Source: a virus. From it: 64,000 bases of DNA. A program made the translations under genes and the position numbers. The DNA lies in IMG/VR virus record IMGVR_UViG_3300009408_000003, positions 1-64,000 of that record. One strand, 5' to 3'. The notes beneath the pieces are model-generated. The model saw only the letters and a list, made by a program, of their open reading frames with translations, ran no database searches and was not told where the DNA came from. This document shows positions 37,841-47,884 of this stretch, piece after piece (the stretch's first letter is position 1; every line of letters starts with the position of its first letter).

Positions 37841-37984
37841 TCATAAATATATATATAAAAATATATAAAATGTACAAAAAAAATCATTTTTATTGATAAT
37901 TTATTTTTAATACAGTTTTATTACGATATTCTTATTATAGTACAGTATTTTAATAAAAATTAATAAAATACTTTTTGTTTCTTC

Positions 37985-38043
37985 TTTCACCCAGCTACTA
38001 GTGTAGTACTGTCCAGAAGCGTTAATTCGGGACTACTCATCCC
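37985..38043 (-). ncRNA. Candidate small structured RNA
   Basis: GC-richer island GGGATGAGTAGTCCCGAATTAACGCTTCTGGACAGTACTACACTAGTAGCTGGGTGAAAG in very AT-rich intergenic DNA, with several possible stems; family not recognised. Confidence 0.3.
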
Positions 38044-38124
38044 TATTTTATTGTTAATACTTATAATATAAGAAAAAACTACAGATTTTTAATTAAATAA
38101 TATTTTATTGTAGTTTTTTTCATA

Positions 38125-38502
38125 TTATTTAGGCTTTGTTGGGAATATATATGGTTTAGTTTTAGTAATATCACGTAATTGTTGTCTATATGTTGCCCAT
38201 TCTGCTTGTTTATTGGCAGAAATAGGTGAATTTAATAGTTGTGTCCAATCTGATTGTTTTAATAAGTGATTTCTTTTGGCTCTAATTACACTTTTATCTC
38301 TAACTTCTGTTTCAGTTGCAGTTAACGGTTCTTTAGTATGTAATCCATTAACTACTTTACAACGTGTTTCTATTGCATCTAACCACTCTTGTTTAGTTAA
38401 TTCAATAAAAGGTACTGGAATATTTTTAAGTTCCCATACATCTGATGTATAGAACCCTTTATAATAACCGTTTGTTCCGTAATTTCCGTAATATTTTTTC
38501 AT
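38125..38502 (-). CDS. Tail fibre assembly chaperone
   Basis: RAKRNHLLKQSDWTQL...EWATYRQQLRDIT; follows the fibre gene. Confidence 0.8.
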   Translation of the reverse strand: MKKYYGNYGTNGYYKGFYTSDVWELKNIPVPFIELTKQEWLDAIETRCKVVNGLHTKEPLTATETEVRDKSVIRAKRNHLLKQSDWTQLLNSPISANKQAEWATYRQQLRDITKTKPYIFPTKPK

Positions 38503-38518
38503 TTTTTAATCTTTTTTT

Positions 38519-39049
38519 TTAATATCCTAACGCTACCCAATAACAATCGTATGGACTATCAAGTATTACTGTTGCTCCCGTTGTGCTAATTGAAGAAACG
38601 TAATTAAATCCATTTGCACCAGAGCTATTTCTTATTGTGTTAACAGTTACAGCTTTACACTCAATCATAAATGATGTTGGAAATGTAATATTTGTAGTTG
38701 CACTAGTTCCATTAGCTCTTCCCCATTGCATCATAAATCCATTAGGTAATCTTTGATATCCTGTTGTATTATATGTTCCACTATTTCCAAATGTTAAATC
38801 TGAACCGTCTAATGTTAATCCTCCTGCTATGTTTACTAAATTATTTCCTATATTAGCAGTAGAAGTATCTACAGTTACATATCTACTAGTATCACTATTA
38901 ACTAATACACCAGCACCATTAAGAGTTATACCAGGATTAGCAGTTCTAACTGAAATAGTACTTGTATTTGCAACTGTTGTAATATATGCAGCAGGATTAA
39001 GTGTTGGTGAAGATCCGTAATATCTAAATATATGATGCTGTGCGTATTT
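38519..39049 (-). CDS. Tail-fibre C-terminal (receptor-binding/needle-like) segment, out of frame with 39024..44870
   Basis: The frame is open for 176 codons (RYYGSSPTL...GYQRLPNGFMMQWG...ITFPTSF...YWVALGY), with the first ATG only at 38734. Confidence 0.7.
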   Translation of the reverse strand, partial: KYAQHHIFRYYGSSPTLNPAAYITTVANTSTISVRTANPGITLNGAGVLVNSDTSRYVTVDTSTANIGNNLVNIAGGLTLDGSDLTFGNSGTYNTTGYQRLPNGFMMQWGRANGTSATTNITFPTSFMIECKAVTVNTIRNSSGANGFNYVSSISTTGATVILDSPYDCYWVALGY

Positions 39050-42000
39050 CTAATGTTAATCCAATATTAGTAAAACCACCAGAAGGTGATGCTGCATTAA
39101 ATATTAAAGAAGGAATATCCCATACAGCTGAATATAATGTAGTACTTCCAGCCAGTACTGCAGGTGTATCATAATATATATATTGGTTTGCATCAGCATT
39201 AATAAAATATCTAGCTCCATTAAAAAAATAGGATGTATGAATTACATTACTTACAACAACTGATTTATCATGAATTTCGCCAATAGTTGGGTCAGGTAAT
39301 ATTGTATCTGTATTAATTGATAATTTTATAGCATCATTAGAATCTCTAACTATAATAGACTCATTAGATGCATCTAAAGATATTCTATTAAAAGCTGATG
39401 ATAATGTATTTGAATTAAAATCCCAAGAACCTATATTACCACTTGATGCTGAAATACTTCCTATAAATCCAGCATTATTATTATTACTATAAAATACTGG
39501 AGTTGATATTGTGCCATCTGTTAACGTAAATACAGAACCAGTTGCAGCGAAATTACTAGCATTATCAAAAATATAATTTGCTGATTTTAAAACGCCAGTT
39601 GTAATATTATCACCGTTAATTACAGTTGTATTACTACCACTTAATGCAGAGAATGTTGCGATATCTGTAAATTGTAATGAATTGCTTGCGGCAGTAAACG
39701 TTGGGATACCTATATTACCTAAAGCAGTGGTTTCTGTTACATTATAAACCGAAACCCAATACTTACTATCACCCGTAGCAATTGGAGGTGTTTTAGACCA
39801 CTTAGCAGTTAATCCTGAAAATGAGAATGTTGAAAATGTATATGATGTCGCACTTGGAGTTGATGGTTGTGTTAGCGCTGCTAATTGATAGTACACATAA
39901 CCAGTAGTTGACTTTTTAGCATCAGTACCATTTGTACCATTTGTACCATTTGAACCGTTTGAACCTGTTGCACCAGTTCGTGAAACGCCAAATGTAAATG
40001 TTTTTGAAAAGGTTGTGCCTGTCGTATTATCTATTATATTTACAACTACATTACCAGTATCGGCTGTTAATGCACTTTGTGTAAATTTTCGTTGAGATGA
40101 TACGGTGGATTGAGAAGTTGATATTCCACTTGTAGTAACTGTTCCTATACTGTATGTATTAGTACCACTTACAGCATATGTGTATTGAATATTGCCTCTA
40201 AATACTCTAATTTCGAATGAACCGTTTGTATATTGAATGCCACTAAATCCAGATACAGGAGCTGAAAATGTATGACTATCATTTGTTAAAAAAACAGTAA
40301 ACGCATCTGAACCCTCTCGGATACCATTTAAATCTATATTATCAAATGCTAGAACTGCACCGCTTCCGTTCTCTTTAACATTTACAGTCCAATTATCTGC
40401 TGTATTAGATATTGGATATTGAGATGAATTTATTGGAGTATGAGTAGCAGTTGGCGAATATGATTGAACAACAGATGAGCCACTTCTGAATTCATAATAT
40501 GGCGTTGTAAAATTTTGTGCCGTAGCTGTTAATAAAATTGATTGGCCTGCAACTAAATTATCATCACCATCATAATTTACTACATATTTATCACTTGTCA
40601 ATGATACTGCTCGAGCATTATTTCCGTTAGAACCACTAGCACCAAGTTTTGATTTACTAAATGTTTGTATTTTTGAAATATTAAACAAATCGCCACCTGC
40701 GCGCGAACCACTAATTTCATATAATATACTAGCAACATCAGACATCATATTTGATTGATTACTAATCGTTACAAAATCACCAGAATCTATAATAGATCCA
40801 TTTGAGATATTTGTTGGTGTAAGCGATATATTCCATGTACCATTTACTGTGCCAACTCCATCATAACTTAATTCAGTAGTACCTTCATATATATGAATTT
40901 CAGTGCCTGAACCAGCATAGTTACCGTTATTACCGTTATTATCGGTTGGAATTGTATGACTATCATTCGTTAAAATAGATGTTATAGCGTCATATCCATC
41001 TTGACCATCAGAAACAATATAAAATGTTTCATGTGTTTTTGTTATTACATTTGTTTGTGGATCTGTAAAAGTATAAGTTACTTGTACATCTTTTGTTGCT
41101 ATAGCAATATTTTCAGTTAATATATTTCCATCACCGTCATCTACGATTACCGTAATATTTGGATCACTTGTCCCAATATTATATTTATAATAATCTAATG
41201 GATTTACATAGTTTGGTGTAAGTATTAAATCACTTGTATAATTTATATTATCTGTTCCATAAAATGAGCCAGTAACATTTAAAACGGTTGGCGAATATGA
41301 CCAACTTGGATTATCTTTAGTATTTGTATTAACACGGGTTGTATTTAAGGTAGATGATATAATATTTCCGCCTGCTACACCATCGGTTACATCTAATAAT
41401 GTAATTGTATCTAAAACATTTAATGATGCATCTTTTAATGATATAGTTTTAGGTAAATTTAAAGTACCTTGATTATTTTTTAATTGAGTACCGTTAATGG
41501 GTTTAATATAATAAAATTCAGAACTATCACCTGAAGTACCTGGTTTTATTGCCAATAATGTAACTGTATCAAATGCTAATTCTGTTTGATTACCATCTGC
41601 GACACCGACTCTTACATTTATTGGTGAGATAAAATAAGTTGTTGGAATTGTTACTGAAAACTGATCAAAGTTTGAACCCATTCCTGGAGTATAAGATGTT
41701 TCATTGGGTGTTTCAGCTGAATTAGTTGTGAACTTAAAATATGCATTAGTAAAATTTTGAGAAAACGCACTAAAAATAAGTGTTCCACTTGGTGCTGGAG
41801 TATTACCAGCTGCATTATATGTTATGACATAAGTTGCCGCTGATAATTTTACTACTTTTGCATCTATTCCACCAGAACCAGTAATTCCATCAAGTGTTTT
41901 ACTAATAGTAGCAACTAATGTTTGTGTACCTGGCGTACCCTCCGTATCGGTATAATTTATTGGGATATTTATAATTCCATTATTAGCAAACATCACACTT

Positions 42001-44870
42001 GCATCTGAAGTAACAGTTACTATATTTGTCGATTGTGTTGTAGTTATACCTCCAGTAGTTGTAATTGTTCCAATACTAGTAAACACATCAGTCGAACCTT
42101 CTATTGCAGAAACTTCTATACTAGTTGGAACAGTAGAACCACTTCCACTAGAATCAGCTTGAATTACTTGTGATAACGGATTTGCAAATGTGATAACACT
42201 TGGAGTAGCATTTTTAGCTTTACTATATGTAACTATTCTTTGAAAATCCGTTGTTATTCCATTTCCGGCTTTGTATCTTAATGATAATTCTATTGAACCA
42301 CTATCATTAAATAATGTAGATATTCCATAAGTGTTTGTTGATGGATTTATTTGATTTGGTGTACACCCAGAACCGGTTACAGCAATAATATCAAATCTAT
42401 TATTTGTACTTAATCCAGATTCAAAGGATATCGGTGTAAATCCTACGTTTACCGAAATTGCTCCGTCTCCAGTATCGTATGTGTTTGATGATGCATTACC
42501 GGTGGATAATGACGGAAAAACAACACTTTCTTTAGTAAGACTTACAGAAATTGCATCAAAATTAATTAATGGGGTTATTGTTACTGAATCCGAATATTCA
42601 TTTGCAAGCGAATCTGACCCAGTAAATTCATATGTTACACTTCCGACTGAATAATTATAGTTTGAACCTTGTAATTGAAAAACACGTTTTCCACCGTTAT
42701 CTAAAACTAATTCTAATGGTGGTGCTCCACTTCCAGAATTTACTGTTATTGGAGTTGTATTTGAAGCTAAATTTAATCGTTCTACTTGAAAATCTATAAT
42801 TTGGTTACTAGGTCGTATAACCAGTTCGGTTGGTTCGTAATAAAAATTTGTAGAAGTAGATGAAGCTAATAATGATGAAATTCCTAATGCATCTTCAAAT
42901 CGATAAATAGTTTGAAATTTAGTAGTATCTTCAACAGATGCAGAATATATTATTGAACCAACGGTTACTGCTGAATTGCTTCCTGTATAATTTGAGATAG
43001 TTAATGTCGCACCATCATCAGTTACATTTGTTAAAAATCCAGGATATTGTCCACCTGCATATGAAGCTGATGTTAAATATGTACCTACATCATCAAAAGC
43101 TGAAGATGCGTATGTAGTACTACCAGTTAATAAATTTTTAGTTATCGTAAATCCTATTTGTTGAAACACAGGATTTCCACTTGAACCTGATGAAAATCTG
43201 AAAGTTGATGTATCTGTAGTAAACTCTAAAAATTTTGTTAATTGAGATGCATTAGAAGTATTACCGCCTGTAAATGTGTAAGTTGAAGTTACATCAACTG
43301 GAATAAAATTATTATTTATATCATAAAATTCAAATTTAAAATCAAATGTTTCTTCTGGTAGTATTCTTGGTACATTTTGTATCAATGTAATTTCATCAGG
43401 TGAAAATGAAGTTTCTTGTGAATTTCGTAAGCTAACATCAGATATATACCAATCATCACCCATAAATTCGAATACAAGTTTAGCATTTGCATCATTTGTA
43501 GCTATTATATTTTTACTTACGCGTGTTATTTCTAAATTAGAATCACTACTTACAGTATCAAAAAAAGTTTGTTCATAGGTAGATGAACTAAGATATGCTT
43601 TAACTGTCTTAGAACTATCTGGAGTACCGTTTAATATTAGTTTAAATGATAATGTATATTCTACATCATTCGCAACTGCAATTGTATTTACTGTTTCAAC
43701 TTTTTGAACTCCACCAACTCCAACATTATAATCTATAAATAATGAATTTAATAATTCTGTATTGTTTATTGATACTGGATGCGCGTTTGATGATGTTATC
43801 CAATATGTTGGGAAATTAGTTTCAGTAAAGTTACCGTATGAAATATCATTTGCATTTTGAATTGTAACATCTTTTAATAATTCGGTTGATTCTATTCTTG
43901 TATCTTGAATAAATTGATAATCTCCTACATCGTTACGAGATTTACGATACACTTTAACGCGTGCTACATCTCCTACAAAAGTTTTTAGTTGATTTATTTT
44001 AATATTAGCAAATGAGCCTGTTAAAGCTGATGCTGTAAATGACTGATTTTCAATATGTTCAAATGTGGTAGTGTATGATGCAGTAGTAAAAGTTTTTACA
44101 ATATTATTTTCCGTGTATGGAGTTTCAACTAAAACATCACGATTATTTAATACGTCGCGTACTGTTCCTGAATAATTTAATGATGGAACTGAAATTATAT
44201 TTTCATCTACTGAACCTGTCCAAAATGAATCGTCTACGGTATGTAATTTATATAACGTACCAGCACTCCAGTTAGTTAAATCAGTATTTTCGGTTGGAGT
44301 AATAGGAATTCCAACTAAACTTCCGGTTTGAGTAATATTAGGGGTTACAACTGTAAATATCGGTTTGATAAGTTCAACTATTGTTATATTTGGCCGTTTA
44401 TAAAATCGGACTTTATCCTCGTTTAAAAGTAATTTATTTATTTTAAATTCGTGTTCCCATTTTACATTGTATAATCCGCTCCATTCAACTGGAACATCTA
44501 CTGTTGCGCCAACATCATTAACATAAGTTTTTAGTTCGCCTAATATTGTGATTTTTCCTATGCCAATTGGGGTATCATCATACACATGAATAGATACTAA
44601 TATGGAAGTACCTTCATAATAATCAACTGGAATACCATTTCCAGATTCAAAATATACTGGATTACCTGCTACATCTAAAACTTCTATTTTAATTTCAGAT
44701 GTTGCTTGTAAATGAGGTGTACCCTCAATTAAAAATCCGTTTTTACCACCAGTTAATGTATTATTAAACTCGGTAATTCTAAAATAATTAGAATTTGGAT
44801 TAGTATCTTCTAAAAATGTTTGATAATTAGATAAATTTAAAAGAGGCGCGTATTTTTTGATTATTGCCAT
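39024..44870 (-). CDS. Giant tail-fibre / baseplate-attached adhesin-like protein
   Basis: 1948 aa, S/T/G/N-rich, with repeated LTNDSHT and GxDA..V.L motifs and a GATGSNGSNGTNGTNG collagen-like stretch; upstream of a fibre chaperone. Confidence 0.75.
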   Translation of the reverse strand: MAIIKKYAPLLNLSNYQTFLEDTNPNSNYFRITEFNNTLTGGKNGFLIEGTPHLQATSEIKIEVLDVAGNPVYFESGNGIPVDYYEGTSILVSIHVYDDTPIGIGKITILGELKTYVNDVGATVDVPVEWSGLYNVKWEHEFKINKLLLNEDKVRFYKRPNITIVELIKPIFTVVTPNITQTGSLVGIPITPTENTDLTNWSAGTLYKLHTVDDSFWTGSVDENIISVPSLNYSGTVRDVLNNRDVLVETPYTENNIVKTFTTASYTTTFEHIENQSFTASALTGSFANIKINQLKTFVGDVARVKVYRKSRNDVGDYQFIQDTRIESTELLKDVTIQNANDISYGNFTETNFPTYWITSSNAHPVSINNTELLNSLFIDYNVGVGGVQKVETVNTIAVANDVEYTLSFKLILNGTPDSSKTVKAYLSSSTYEQTFFDTVSSDSNLEITRVSKNIIATNDANAKLVFEFMGDDWYISDVSLRNSQETSFSPDEITLIQNVPRILPEETFDFKFEFYDINNNFIPVDVTSTYTFTGGNTSNASQLTKFLEFTTDTSTFRFSSGSSGNPVFQQIGFTITKNLLTGSTTYASSAFDDVGTYLTSASYAGGQYPGFLTNVTDDGATLTISNYTGSNSAVTVGSIIYSASVEDTTKFQTIYRFEDALGISSLLASSTSTNFYYEPTELVIRPSNQIIDFQVERLNLASNTTPITVNSGSGAPPLELVLDNGGKRVFQLQGSNYNYSVGSVTYEFTGSDSLANEYSDSVTITPLINFDAISVSLTKESVVFPSLSTGNASSNTYDTGDGAISVNVGFTPISFESGLSTNNRFDIIAVTGSGCTPNQINPSTNTYGISTLFNDSGSIELSLRYKAGNGITTDFQRIVTYSKAKNATPSVITFANPLSQVIQADSSGSGSTVPTSIEVSAIEGSTDVFTSIGTITTTGGITTTQSTNIVTVTSDASVMFANNGIINIPINYTDTEGTPGTQTLVATISKTLDGITGSGGIDAKVVKLSAATYVITYNAAGNTPAPSGTLIFSAFSQNFTNAYFKFTTNSAETPNETSYTPGMGSNFDQFSVTIPTTYFISPINVRVGVADGNQTELAFDTVTLLAIKPGTSGDSSEFYYIKPINGTQLKNNQGTLNLPKTISLKDASLNVLDTITLLDVTDGVAGGNIISSTLNTTRVNTNTKDNPSWSYSPTVLNVTGSFYGTDNINYTSDLILTPNYVNPLDYYKYNIGTSDPNITVIVDDGDGNILTENIAIATKDVQVTYTFTDPQTNVITKTHETFYIVSDGQDGYDAITSILTNDSHTIPTDNNGNNGNYAGSGTEIHIYEGTTELSYDGVGTVNGTWNISLTPTNISNGSIIDSGDFVTISNQSNMMSDVASILYEISGSRAGGDLFNISKIQTFSKSKLGASGSNGNNARAVSLTSDKYVVNYDGDDNLVAGQSILLTATAQNFTTPYYEFRSGSSVVQSYSPTATHTPINSSQYPISNTADNWTVNVKENGSGAVLAFDNIDLNGIREGSDAFTVFLTNDSHTFSAPVSGFSGIQYTNGSFEIRVFRGNIQYTYAVSGTNTYSIGTVTTSGISTSQSTVSSQRKFTQSALTADTGNVVVNIIDNTTGTTFSKTFTFGVSRTGATGSNGSNGTNGTNGTDAKKSTTGYVYYQLAALTQPSTPSATSYTFSTFSFSGLTAKWSKTPPIATGDSKYWVSVYNVTETTALGNIGIPTFTAASNSLQFTDIATFSALSGSNTTVINGDNITTGVLKSANYIFDNASNFAATGSVFTLTDGTISTPVFYSNNNNAGFIGSISASSGNIGSWDFNSNTLSSAFNRISLDASNESIIVRDSNDAIKLSINTDTILPDPTIGEIHDKSVVVSNVIHTSYFFNGARYFINADANQYIYYDTPAVLAGSTTLYSAVWDIPSLIFNAASPSGGFTNIGLTLEIRTASYI

Positions 44871-44951
44871 AAGAATATTCTGTATATTCTATAAATATAT
44901 CAAAAAATTAAATCCTAATATTTATACTAAAGAAATCTAAAGAAATATCAC

Positions 44952-45149
44952 ATGGAAAAATATAAAATGGTTCAGCTAAATAATAATACCCACTCTCTAT
45001 TACGTCAATACGCAAAAGAAAATGGATATTCTATAAAAGGATTAATTCACAAAATGATTAGTGAACGAATTGGTAATAGAAATATAAAAATTGACCCAAA
45101 TAAAGTTATAAAGTCTCAGCCAAGAATGATAAGTTCTAAGTTTTTGTAG
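44952..45149 (+). CDS. Small ribbon-helix-helix-like DNA-binding protein
   Basis: YKMVQLNNNTHSLLRQYAKENGYSIKGLIHKMI fits a strand-helix-helix pattern; it is the only credible plus-strand gene. Confidence 0.55.
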   Translation: MEKYKMVQLNNNTHSLLRQYAKENGYSIKGLIHKMISERIGNRNIKIDPNKVIKSQPRMISSKFL

Positions 45150-45426
45150 TTGATATTTTATTATGGACTATGTGTGTATCACCACATTTTTCACACTTGC
45201 AAATATTTGCATCTTTATATTTTTCGGGATGTTTTTTATCATAAAGAAAATTTACTAATGTAGATGTATGTTCAGCTGCTCCACATTTTGGACAGCATTC
45301 ATGCTTTTTATGATATTGTTGCATAAATTTTCTACGTTCTTTATCTTGAATTTCACATTTAGCTTTAAATTTTTTTAAAGTTGTATCTGACCAGTTTTGT
45401 GGTTTTGCATATTCGTCTATATTCAT
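45136..45426 (-). CDS. Small Zn-ribbon protein (paralog of 4468..4713)
   Basis: CCPKC...CKCEKCGDTHIVHNKIS. Confidence 0.65.
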   Translation of the reverse strand: MNIDEYAKPQNWSDTTLKKFKAKCEIQDKERRKFMQQYHKKHECCPKCGAAEHTSTLVNFLYDKKHPEKYKDANICKCEKCGDTHIVHNKISTTKT

Positions 45427-45431
45427 GTTTT

Positions 45432-46952
45432 TTAAAATTTTACGTGTGAAAATCCGTTTTCTTTTTTAATTTCAACTAAATTATCTACAGCATCACGCAT
45501 TGTATCTATGTGTGATATTATCATTACAAACTCAAATTGAGTTTTTAGATATATAAATAATCTATATAATGATTGCATATTTTCACTATCTAATGTACCA
45601 AACCCTTCATCAATAATTAAAAAATTTGGCCTTGGTAAATTACAAATATTAATTAATGCAACTCTAATTGCTAAACCTGATACGAACCGTTCCATTCCAC
45701 TCGACATTTCTAAACTCCATTTTTGGTCGCCATATACAAGATTTGCATTTATATTTTTTCCATCTATTTCAAATTGAATACCAAATTCTACTATTTGAGC
45801 AAGTATATTATTTACTTCTCCCTCAATCATCGGTAACGCTTTTTCAATTAATTCATATGAAACACCATCTTTACTTAATGCGTTCAAATAATATTTAAAT
45901 AAATTAGTTTGTTGCTCTAAATCTTTAACTTCTTGAATTCTATCTTTAATAGTTTGTATTTGAGATTTAAGACCAGAATACGTTCCATTAAGACTTAAAA
46001 TTATTTTGTTTAATTTTCGTTCATGCTCCTTAGTGGCAACTAGACTATTACGAATTACTGATAGTTGACCACGTACTATTTTATTTTTATTTATTTGAGC
46101 TTCATTTTTATAGTATTCTTCAATTAATTTAGTTTGAGTATAAAGTTGAGATTCATTTTTAGCTTCGGCCGTTTCATACGTAGCAATTTTATTTATAAGA
46201 TTTGATAGTTCTCTTTCAACTTGTATTTCTTTAGATTGCGTATCTTTTAATATAATATCAGTTTCTTCTATATTTTTTAATTCTAATAATTTATTATCTA
46301 ACCGTAGTTTTTCATTATTATAAGATTCTAATAATTTATTTTGACGTTGTAATTCAAGTTTTGCGCTTTCTTTTGATGCAATTATACTTGTTGAGTTCTC
46401 CATACAAATTTTACAGTTGGGATTATATTTATGCGAGTTTAAATGAGCTAATCTTTGAATTAATGAATCATTTTTAATAATTAATTTATCAATTTCATTT
46501 TTTACAATAATCATTTGATTATTTACTGTATGTAATTTTACTAAATCAATACTTAGTTGTTCTTCATCGATACTATCAAGTATTTCTTCTAATCGTAATT
46601 GTAACCGTTCTAATTCTAATATTCTTGTTTGAGTTTGATTTTTTTGGCGTAATGTTTCTACTGATTGATTTTCCAATAAATGTTTTCGCTTTAATAGTTC
46701 AGTAATACCCACTAAATCAGAATCAAGTCGAACAATTTGACTATTTAATTTAATAATTTTTTTGTTAAATTCATCAAGTTTGTTTCGTTCTTGCTGTAAT
46801 TCAAGATCTTTTGTAGCATATTCGCTTTTTACCTTAATAAGTTCAGTTTCATTTTTAGCTAATTTAGTCGTAAAATCATCTTTATTAAATTTTCTGATAA
46901 TGGTCGCCGTATCACGATTTTCATCACTAGCTAATTGATACAGTTTATCAAA
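45432..46952 (-). CDS. Rad50/SbcC (gp46-like) coiled coil, Zn hook and C-terminal ATPase half; frame open upstream to FDKLYQLASDEN
   Basis: CKIC hook, MSSGMERF signature and FLIIDEGFGTLD Walker B. The frame is open from 46958, well above the annotated GTG at 46712. Confidence 0.8.
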   Translation of the reverse strand, partial: FDKLYQLASDENRDTATIIRKFNKDDFTTKLAKNETELIKVKSEYATKDLELQQERNKLDEFNKKIIKLNSQIVRLDSDLVGITELLKRKHLLENQSVETLRQKNQTQTRILELERLQLRLEEILDSIDEEQLSIDLVKLHTVNNQMIIVKNEIDKLIIKNDSLIQRLAHLNSHKYNPNCKICMENSTSIIASKESAKLELQRQNKLLESYNNEKLRLDNKLLELKNIEETDIILKDTQSKEIQVERELSNLINKIATYETAEAKNESQLYTQTKLIEEYYKNEAQINKNKIVRGQLSVIRNSLVATKEHERKLNKIILSLNGTYSGLKSQIQTIKDRIQEVKDLEQQTNLFKYYLNALSKDGVSYELIEKALPMIEGEVNNILAQIVEFGIQFEIDGKNINANLVYGDQKWSLEMSSGMERFVSGLAIRVALINICNLPRPNFLIIDEGFGTLDSENMQSLYRLFIYLKTQFEFVMIISHIDTMRDAVDNLVEIKKENGFSHVKF

Positions 46953-47869
46953 AGTTGCTCACCATTTAATGATTTAACTACTCCTGCGGTTTCTTTCCAA
47001 AAATTTACATTTACTTTAAGATTAGTTTTTTTACGAGTCCACTTTGCGGTACGTTCAATAAAATATTTAGTTTCATCTATTTCAAATTCAAATTTACAAT
47101 AAAAACTGTCTTTTCTATTATTTAATATATGTTTAGATGAATTACTTCTTGAAGTTTTATCAAATATACAAAATAATAATGCAGAAAATAATGATGATTT
47201 TCCTGCAGTATTTGGAGCAAAAACACCTATCATGCCTCTTGCTTTATCAAAATTTATTATATTGTGTTCACCATATGAAAACATATTATCAAACTCAAAT
47301 TTTATTGGAGTCCAAATTATATTTTCTACTCGGTTAGTATCATTTATTTGTGAATTAATATTTGAATTTATATCAGTTATATAATTTAAATCTGATTCAT
47401 CTAGCAGATATTGTCTTTTTAAATAGTCTCGTATTAATTGATTCTGAAAAGTTACGTCATGTACTTCACCAACAATATTTTTATTTAAGTTTGAGTTTGT
47501 TTTAAGATTACCAATCGTATCAGTACGTGTTACCGTAACTTCTGCAACTTTAAACAGTTTTTTTAATTCTGTGATTCGAAGTTTCATATCTGCAGCTTCT
47601 GTTTTGGTAAATCGCAATCTTAAATGAGGATATTTCGGTAATTTTGTGTTAACTTCATCATACACCCAATCTGGTATTATTCCGTTTATAACATCTATTG
47701 TTAAATATCCATAATCATTGCGAATATTATGTTCGGTAAAGTTTCTTTTTTTGACATCCCATAATAAATATCCATGCTTTTCTAAAAGTTCGCCATGATT
47801 CTGTTGTACCAAACTGCCACAATATGCAACTGCAGGCCGTATTCGTTTAATTTTTATTTTTTTACCCAT
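46931..47869 (-). CDS. Mre11 C-terminal part fused to the Rad50 N-terminal ATPase half
   Basis: AYCGSLVQQNHGE, then FEFDNMFSY and the GVFAPNTAGKSS Walker A; it ends at LNGEQ before a frame break. Confidence 0.8.
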   Translation of the reverse strand: MGKKIKIKRIRPAVAYCGSLVQQNHGELLEKHGYLLWDVKKRNFTEHNIRNDYGYLTIDVINGIIPDWVYDEVNTKLPKYPHLRLRFTKTEAADMKLRITELKKLFKVAEVTVTRTDTIGNLKTNSNLNKNIVGEVHDVTFQNQLIRDYLKRQYLLDESDLNYITDINSNINSQINDTNRVENIIWTPIKFEFDNMFSYGEHNIINFDKARGMIGVFAPNTAGKSSLFSALLFCIFDKTSRSNSSKHILNNRKDSFYCKFEFEIDETKYFIERTAKWTRKKTNLKVNVNFWKETAGVVKSLNGEQLLINCIN

Positions 47870-47884
47870 GTATTTTTTTAATAG

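Noticed and set aside
37985-38043. tRNA gene or known ribozyme
   Set aside because: No cloverleaf or T-loop, and no CUGAUGA/GAAA core; the order of twister-like words does not fit. Kept only as an unclassified RNA candidate.
38125-39049. Diversity-generating retroelement targeting the fibre tip
   Set aside because: I saw no reverse transcriptase and no second near-copy (template repeat) of this region in the window.
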